DNA of 64,000 nt from Chloroflexota bacterium. Its GTDB lineage: Bacteria > Chloroflexota > Anaerolineae > UBA2200. Below the pieces are notes generated by a model. It saw only the letters and a list, made by a program, of their open reading frames with translations. It made no database searches and had not been told where the DNA came from. The position numbers and the translations under genes are program-made. The stretch is from assembly GCA_030607875.1 (NCBI GenBank), contig JAUWJD010000004.1:68605-132604 (forward strand), written 5' to 3'. Shown one piece after another: positions 58,189-64,000 of this stretch (position 1 is its first letter; every line of letters starts with the position of its first letter).

Positions 58189-58263
58189 GTTGCTAAACTC
58201 AGACAATCATTTCTGTGTGATAATCCAGCCAAAGGGTTTAGCAATTGATGCGCGAAGCAGTAG
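58189..58263. repeat. Dispersed element copy C (right arm of the inverted pair), overlapping the radical SAM gene start
   Basis: The sequence is gttgctaaactcagacaatcatttctgtgtgataatccagccaaagggtttagcaattgatgcgcgaagcagtag. It contains TGtGATAAT reading toward the downstream gene. Confidence 0.65.
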
Positions 58264-59390
58264 AGTTCCAGGAGTACAAGGCCCGCAGAATCGTCAACGT
58301 CCAGCGCCACGTGGACGGCCCTTGGTTTTGGTGCAAGTACAGCGCTCATCCCTACGTGGGCTGTAGGAGTGGCTGCGAGTTCTGCTATGCGCGGGGCGGC
58401 CGCTATCTGGGAAAGCGCGACCCAGCTACCTTCGATACCTTGATCCAGGTCAAAACCAACGCTGTGGAGCTGTTGCGCAAGGAGCTTGGCCGCCTGGATG
58501 CTGACGTGATTGTCTGTGGTGACTGGCAGCAGCCAGCCGAAGATCGCTACCGGCTATCGCGCGGCATGTTGGAGGTGGTGCTCAATCTTGGGTTCCCCCT
58601 GTTCATCGTCGAGCGCTCGCCGCTGCTCACCCGCGACCTGGACCTGCTGACGGAGATCAACCGGCAGACCTGGGTGGGGGTGGTGTTGAGCATGAGCAAC
58701 GTGGATCCCGCCCTGAAGCGGGCCTTTGAACCGCGCAGCCCAGGTTTGAAGCGCCGCTTGTTGGCCATGCAGAAGCTGGCAGAAGCCGGCATTCTGGTCG
58801 GCACGGCGCTTATGCCTGTGCTTCCCCTCGTAGGCGACGACGAAAAGCACCTGGAAGATGCCATACGGGCCACCAAGGAGCACGGGGGGTCGTTTGTCCT
58901 GGCAGGCGAACTGACCATGGACGGTGTCCAGGCCGAGCGCACCCTGGCCGTCGTTCGGCGTCTTGGCCCGGCTCTAGAGGCTCGCTGGCGGGAGCTGTAC
59001 AACTGGCAGGTCGGAGGCAAGCCTGAGTACGCTCCGCCGCGCGGTTACGCTGCCCGGCTGGGGCTGCTGGTACGCGAATTGTGTGCCCGCCACGGTCTGA
59101 TGGACCGCATGCCGCGCTACGTCGCGCCCGGGCCGTTGGCGGTCAACAAGCGCATTGCGGAGAAGTTGTTTCTCAAGACCTACGACCTCGAACTGGAGCA
59201 AGCGAAAGGGTATCGCATCTGGGCCTATCGCAAGGCCGCGTGGGCCGTAGATGAATGGCCCGAGAGCATTGCCGAGATCTACCACACCGGTGGTGAGGCT
59301 GGCTTGCGCGAGCTGCCGCGTATCGGCAAGAGCTTGGCCAGTGAGATCGCCGGCTGGCTGCGGGAAGAGCCGAGATTTGCTGCTGGATGA
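58248..59390 (+). CDS. Radical SAM protein of the DNA-repair-photolyase-like (SplB / Rv2578c-like) type with a C-terminal helix-hairpin-helix
   Basis: It has HPYVGCRSGCEFCYAR (CxxxCxxC). The C-terminal LRELPRIGKSLASEIAGWL is HhH-like. The N-terminal MREAVEFQEYKARR begins inside the repeat motif. Confidence 0.8.
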   Translation: MREAVEFQEYKARRIVNVQRHVDGPWFWCKYSAHPYVGCRSGCEFCYARGGRYLGKRDPATFDTLIQVKTNAVELLRKELGRLDADVIVCGDWQQPAEDRYRLSRGMLEVVLNLGFPLFIVERSPLLTRDLDLLTEINRQTWVGVVLSMSNVDPALKRAFEPRSPGLKRRLLAMQKLAEAGILVGTALMPVLPLVGDDEKHLEDAIRATKEHGGSFVLAGELTMDGVQAERTLAVVRRLGPALEARWRELYNWQVGGKPEYAPPRGYAARLGLLVRELCARHGLMDRMPRYVAPGPLAVNKRIAEKLFLKTYDLELEQAKGYRIWAYRKAAWAVDEWPESIAEIYHTGGEAGLRELPRIGKSLASEIAGWLREEPRFAAG

Positions 59391-59504
59391 ACCACATCCG
59401 CGCCACAGCAGGCAGCCCGAGGTCGCGCGAAGGGCCAGGTCGGCTCCTATGGAAGTTAGACGGCTTCAGGTGATGCTCCTGCGTAGCCTCGCAGACATAG
59501 GTTG

Positions 59505-59935
59505 TCAACGTTGAATCACCGGCAAGTAGACGGTCCACACACGGCCCACCGCGTACCACATAGTCCTGTCAGCACCGGTATCTACCACAAATTGCATTTG
59601 GCCGGGTGCCGGTATCTGGTGCTCTAGCTGGCGGTGGAGAGCTCCCCTCTCATCAAGTGCCCACACTTCTACATCGTCTGTGTCGGACAGAGTCAGTGTA
59701 GTCGTGAATCGAACCGGCTCAATGAGCGCTGGCGCCGTACCCCACTCCTCCAACGATGTCTCGTCCTCGTTCCACACCATGCCCGTGTTCTCCACGCGGG
59801 TGAAAACGCCCAGCAGCAGTCCGTTGGAAGCAGCGATGGGTTGGCCATCCTGGCTTTGGAGGGTGACGGCGCTGAACTGGGCTATATCGGCCGTACCCGG
59901 AAGGCCTTCTGGATCTGTTGGATACTGCAAGGAGC
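59505..59935 (-). pseudogene. 3' remnant of an unidentified gene (C-terminal ~140 codons, no plausible N-terminus)
   Basis: It has a coding-like sequence (...VEVWALDERGALHRQLEH...MWYAVGRVWTVYLPVIQR). Upstream it runs straight into the opposite-strand AlkD-like fragment. Confidence 0.3.
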
Positions 59936-59940
59936 ATGCC

Positions 59941-60205
59941 ATGAACGCACGCGAAGCCAGGGAACATGGAGCACGCATAGCCGCTCTCGTTCAGGCTGGA
60001 AAGATGCGGCAAGCCCATTTCCTGTTGGCTCCGGTTCTCGCCGAACGGACTCCGTTTCGCTTCCTTGGGCGCATTGGTGAGGCTGTCGGCGCGGGCTCAC
60101 TGGACGAGGTGAACCTTTTCCTGGAGCACATCGCCGCAGAGAAGACCGAAGGTGGCTGGGTGGTGATCGCCAGCGCCCTGGGCGCACAGTTGGGGCGCGA
60201 CCTGG
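59941..60205 (+). pseudogene. N-terminal ~88-codon fragment paralogous to the AlkD-like gene at 57428
   Basis: MNAREAREHGARIAALVQAGKMRQAHFLLAPVLAERTPF aligns with MNARKARELGARVASLVQAGQMKQAYTLLAPVLAERTPF. Similarity stops near 60205. Confidence 0.6.
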
Positions 60206-60408
60206 CTGGCGGAATTGCCTCACGGCCGCAACTTCAGCAGGATCGAACGTCCGGTCAGGAGCGCAGACCATCAAAGCATCGTAGCCGTGCAAGAGTTGAA
60301 GCGTCAGGGATGCAGCCGGGTTGCGCTCAAAGACGAACTCGTCTTGCAGCACCTCAAACTAGTCTTGGTCTCAAAGCTTCATAGGCTGCTCCTTCTGGCG
60401 TTCTTGGA

Positions 60409-62088
60409 TCATTGTGGGTCGGGTGCCCTCACGAAATAGTCCTCCCACCCTGTTGCTTTGTCAAGGGTGGGCGCTTTGATGTTCCCCAGCCTTTGTCCTC
60501 GTGATCGGCGGGCTTTCAGGTAGGCCTCCATCGCACCCTTGGCTACTGGAAAGACTTTAGGATGGCCCAACTGGCCAAGTTTGCGGCAATAGTTGTAGTG
60601 AAAACTCCGACGGAGATTCTGGTCAAGATCCGCACATAAATCAGTCAGCACTTGAGTGCATTGCTGATCAGGAGGGAGCTCAAGATATAGTGTGTAGCGG
60701 AAACCCCTTGCTGCATCGTCAGGTGCCAGCATGGCAAATACTGGCGATAGCCCGTGTTGGTCAAAGATATCGTGCAGTATTCTGACTACAAAGTGCTCGT
60801 TGAGTTTTTCTCCGAACCAGTCTGAAACGTGGTCGGCTTTGCCAAGAAACCGAAGGCAAGGAGCTTGTTCCATGTAGTCAACCACCTCCACGATATCCTG
60901 CAATTGGTACCTATAGAAACCACCGCCTGTAGTTACCACCACAGCATAGGTCTGTCCCCTATCCAGTTCATGGGCTAGTTTGGGCTGCTCAGACAAGACT
61001 TCGTAGGTCTGACTATTCACTGGCAGGAACTCAAGAAAGTGAGCTGTGACGGCGAGAACGGCTCCAGTGACCCCTGCGACTGGAAAAGAGACAAACGCTT
61101 CCGTAGCGATCAAGCCCTTGCCTTGGAATTGAACATTGGGGAATTGTGCCTTCAGCGTTTGGGCATAGCGAGCAGCGGGGCCATCCATCCAGCAACTGAT
61201 CAAACGAAGACCTGGCCAAATAGCCTGATAGTTGGATGGCTGGATCACAGCGAGTGCTTTTGCCCGCTGGGGATCGGGGGGCAGTTGATGAAGCAAGGTT
61301 TGATGCAGACAAGAATCTAGTCCGCTTGGCGATGTTAGCGTTCCATGCGCGATATCGCCTATCAGGGCTTCCCACCATTCGGACAGAGGCGCGAGCAACA
61401 GGCTGAGGAATGTCGGATTCCACACGGAGATGATGCGCAGGTCTGGTTGACACAGCAAGAAGAGCAAGGTTACGTAGCGAAAACTTGTTACATCCGGAAT
61501 GTATTTAACCTCATTAGGAACGGCGAGGGCTGAGTCGACCAAGTACTTGCCTAGAGAGCCAAGGTATGCACTGTCTTCTTCAAAACCTATTGGGATACCA
61601 CTGGAGGTGAATCGTCGACCGTCGGTTAGAGGCGTAATTGACCAGTAAGCCGGTCCACGCTTAAGATGAGGATCGTGCCGAAAAAGGCTGTATATCCAGC
61701 AAGCGATGCCTCTTTGAAACTCGGATCTCAGCTGCACGGTGTACGGTATCAGTTTTGAAGCCGCCGTTGATCCACTGGAGATCTCAAGCATGAGCACAGG
61801 TGAAGCAGTCAGAACTCTTTGCCTTCCCTGGCTGATTGCCTCGATGGCTTTCGTGTAGTTGTCATAGGTTGTTAGTGGGACGGATCTCTGATAGGCGTCG
61901 ACGGAGGTTATTGAGGCAAACTCGAAGCGGCTCCCGTAGTCTGTATCCCGGTTTTTCTCCAGATAGCTCATTAGGAGCTTGCACTGTACCTCCGCAACGT
62001 CCGTTGTGGCGCGCACAAATTGATGCCAGGCAGGCAAACAGGTAGCTTGCCAAAGGTTGTTTGCCAGTCTTGGCCCTACGCCTCTCAT
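60409..62088 (-). CDS. GH3 (auxin-responsive promoter) family acyl-adenylate-forming enzyme
   Basis: The 559-aa ORF has the N-terminal pattern YGSRFEF...YQRSVPLTTYDNY...SSGSTAASKLIPYT typical of bacterial GH3 proteins. Confidence 0.8.
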   Translation of the reverse strand: MRGVGPRLANNLWQATCLPAWHQFVRATTDVAEVQCKLLMSYLEKNRDTDYGSRFEFASITSVDAYQRSVPLTTYDNYTKAIEAISQGRQRVLTASPVLMLEISSGSTAASKLIPYTVQLRSEFQRGIACWIYSLFRHDPHLKRGPAYWSITPLTDGRRFTSSGIPIGFEEDSAYLGSLGKYLVDSALAVPNEVKYIPDVTSFRYVTLLFLLCQPDLRIISVWNPTFLSLLLAPLSEWWEALIGDIAHGTLTSPSGLDSCLHQTLLHQLPPDPQRAKALAVIQPSNYQAIWPGLRLISCWMDGPAARYAQTLKAQFPNVQFQGKGLIATEAFVSFPVAGVTGAVLAVTAHFLEFLPVNSQTYEVLSEQPKLAHELDRGQTYAVVVTTGGGFYRYQLQDIVEVVDYMEQAPCLRFLGKADHVSDWFGEKLNEHFVVRILHDIFDQHGLSPVFAMLAPDDAARGFRYTLYLELPPDQQCTQVLTDLCADLDQNLRRSFHYNYCRKLGQLGHPKVFPVAKGAMEAYLKARRSRGQRLGNIKAPTLDKATGWEDYFVRAPDPQ

Positions 62089-62795
62089 CGGATCATCCGC
62101 AGCCCAGCAGGAGTAAAGTTATTGAGATGAATGCGTGTCAGACAGACCAACTCGTCGCCCTGACCATGTCCAGGATTCCTGGCAACAAAGAAGGCAACGT
62201 GTGGATCCTTTAGACGTCTTTCGGTGATTTCAGCCACTCCCTGTTTCAGGGGGGTAGCACCGGCGGCAAAACGAACGATGCCTGACTCAGGGTAGTATTG
62301 CGATCCAAAACGCTCGCGAGCTAGGTGATGAATCACCTCTTGAATCTGAGAAGGAGTTGGTCGGTCGTATCTGGGATAGTACTCCTTGAAAAAGGTTGTG
62401 AGAAAGCGGTAGGTTTTGTAGCCGGATGAGATGAGGAGCCAATACAGTGGTTTCGGCAGTTGCTCCCCCATTCTTAGAACAAGCTCACCCCAGGCACGAG
62501 GGAGTTCAGACGTGCCCCAATAGGCCGGGCGGATGATCGTATCGCCAGAGTAGACCACACCTACCTCTTTGCCCTCTACAAGGGATGTGTAGAAAGCAAG
62601 CGTGGAGAAGCCGTGGATGGATTTGGACGTTGGATCTCGCAGAACAATCACCCAGTTCTTGTCGTCCAGATCTCTCCGGAATGTCTCTGGGGTGGTGTTT
62701 TCATAGTAATCTTGGAACACGTCGAACATGTTCTGGACATCATCATCGGTTAGATCGGACTTGGGTAGTGACTCGCCTTTCAATAGTTGGGCCAT
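62085..62795 (-). CDS. Hypothetical protein (236 aa), possibly an acyltransferase-like fold
   Basis: It is tightly packed between the radical SAM gene (3-nt gap) and the GH3 gene (4-nt overlap). No diagnostic motif was recognised. Confidence 0.55.
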   Translation of the reverse strand: MAQLLKGESLPKSDLTDDDVQNMFDVFQDYYENTTPETFRRDLDDKNWVIVLRDPTSKSIHGFSTLAFYTSLVEGKEVGVVYSGDTIIRPAYWGTSELPRAWGELVLRMGEQLPKPLYWLLISSGYKTYRFLTTFFKEYYPRYDRPTPSQIQEVIHHLARERFGSQYYPESGIVRFAAGATPLKQGVAEITERRLKDPHVAFFVARNPGHGQGDELVCLTRIHLNNFTPAGLRMIR

Positions 62796-62798
62796 TCT

Positions 62799-64000
62799 TT
62801 AACCTCCTATCGCGGTACCAAGCCCCAAACCTCTGCTTGTTGTCAGTTGGAGGGGCACATTCTCCAGACCTGGTTCCAGGGGCGTTTTGGCACCCAGTCG
62901 GTGCTCAAGCTTGTAGGCAAGCTCGCGTCTTGCGAGCAGGTTTACTCCTAAGAACAGCCCGAGGCTGTGAATGTTGCGGCTGTTTGCCAGGGGGTCGAGC
63001 GCGCGCTTGAGAATAGATCCATATCCATGAAAGATCATGCGCGCCCGCATACATCCTTCAGTCAGCTCATCCGCTGTCATCCGGAGCGGGTGAAAGGTTG
63101 CCTGCCCATAGCGATAATCGGGGTCGAGCCACCAGCGCTCGTAGATTAGCCGGTCTTCATTCATTAACCGATTGTAGAGCCTTGAACCGGGCATCGGGGC
63201 CAAAGTGTTAATATTGGCCAGGGCGCACTTGGAGCGGATGGCGAATTCGGCTGTGATATCGAACGTGTCAACCGTATCGTGGTCATAACCGAAGACAAGG
63301 GAGGCGTAGACCATGATGCCCCGATCGCGGAATTCTCGGATCGCGGTAGGATAGTCGCTGTGCTTGAGGTTCCATCCTTTCCTCATCTGCCTCAGGTTGT
63401 CTTCATCGAGCGACTCGAACCCAATCATAGCGCAGAAACAACCGCTTTTCGCCATCAGATCCATCAACTGAGTATTCTTGGCTATGTCAATGCTGATCTG
63501 GCAAGCCCAGTGGATGTTCAAAGGAATCAAGGCGCGGAACAGCTCTTCCACCTTTGAGATATCCACAAACAGGTTGTCATCAATAAACACGATGTATCTA
63601 CGATCAAGAGCTTTGATTTCAGCCACCACTTCGGCTACTGGCCGTTGCCGTGTCTGAGAACCGTAGAAGGCATGGATTGAACAGAAATCACAGGCATATC
63701 GGCACCCACGGCCAAACTGGACAGGAGCGACCAGCTTGTAGCGCTTGCCCTTGAAGATGCTACGGTCGAATCTCAGCCCCTCTAGCGACGGCTGTTCCGA
63801 GTCCCTGTAGACCCGCTGCAGCTCACCCTGCTGGGCGTCTCGAACGAGCTGTCCCCAAATCCTTTCTGCATCCCCGATCACAACCGCATCGGCGTAGACC
63901 AACGCCTCCTCGGGCAGGAAGCTGGGATGGTAGCCGCCCATAACAACCGGGATGCCGCGCTTGCGGAACTGAGTGGCAATCTGATAGGCGCGCCTGGCGG
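62799..64000 (-). CDS. B12-binding-domain radical SAM enzyme; the 5' end lies beyond the window
   Basis: It has GRGCRYACDFC (CxxxCxxC). The reading frame stays open upstream of the track Met (…FRKRGIPVVMGGYHPS), which is typical of the B12-binding N-domain. Confidence 0.8.
   Translation of the reverse strand, partial: ARRAYQIATQFRKRGIPVVMGGYHPSFLPEEALVYADAVVIGDAERIWGQLVRDAQQGELQRVYRDSEQPSLEGLRFDRSIFKGKRYKLVAPVQFGRGCRYACDFCSIHAFYGSQTRQRPVAEVVAEIKALDRRYIVFIDDNLFVDISKVEELFRALIPLNIHWACQISIDIAKNTQLMDLMAKSGCFCAMIGFESLDEDNLRQMRKGWNLKHSDYPTAIREFRDRGIMVYASLVFGYDHDTVDTFDITAEFAIRSKCALANINTLAPMPGSRLYNRLMNEDRLIYERWWLDPDYRYGQATFHPLRMTADELTEGCMRARMIFHGYGSILKRALDPLANSRNIHSLGLFLGVNLLARRELAYKLEHRLGAKTPLEPGLENVPLQLTTSRGLGLGTAIGG

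Noticed and set aside
57041-58263. Interpreting the inverted-repeat-bounded AlkD-like gene as a composite transposon
   Set aside because: There is no transposase, and the arms are only ~75-100 nt MITE-like units. I kept it as a repeat-bounded cassette observation rather than calling a mobile element.

Overview
This is a 64-kb window of a bacterial chromosome at roughly 58-62% GC, judged from hand counts of sample lines. Gene content and repeat types look Chloroflexota-like, but that call is low confidence. I support about 60 protein-coding genes. I recognised no rRNA, tRNA, CRISPR array, integrase or transposase. Housekeeping blocks are: (1) lower glycolysis (apgM-pgk-pyk plus a MOFRL glycerate kinase, 1.5-7.6 kb) and rpiA; (2) mutM, buk and a ThiS/ThiF pair; (3) a polyphosphate cluster at 41-46.7 kb (metallophosphoesterase-HD fusion, two PPK2, CYTH-CHAD); (4) the conserved rpsB-tsf-pyrH-frr-uppS-cdsA block at 47-51.5 kb. 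Two regions deviate in composition. The first (19.7-28.4 kb) is a five-gene restriction-modification-like locus. A Type III-style Mod methyltransferase and a Res helicase-nuclease (both about 60-65% GC) are separated by a 4.3-kb cassette at about 42-50% GC. The cassette encodes a GHKL/MORC-like ATPase, a 363-aa orphan protein and a second amino-methyltransferase. This locus is my best candidate for an undescribed defence system. It sits just downstream of a diverged 267-bp duplicate of the 3' end of an M20 peptidase gene. The second (60.4 kb to the window edge) is a lower-GC operon of a B12-binding radical SAM enzyme, an unknown 236-aa protein and a GH3-family adenylating enzyme. It abuts a scar region made of three gene fragments. 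The window also carries a dispersed repeat family: a ~60-nt element with terminal inverted repeats plus a TGC[AG]CGAA[AG]CA[AG]TA motif. Copies sit directly on or upstream of several start codons, and one inverted pair brackets a DNA-repair gene. All family calls come from motifs read by eye, and no database search was run.
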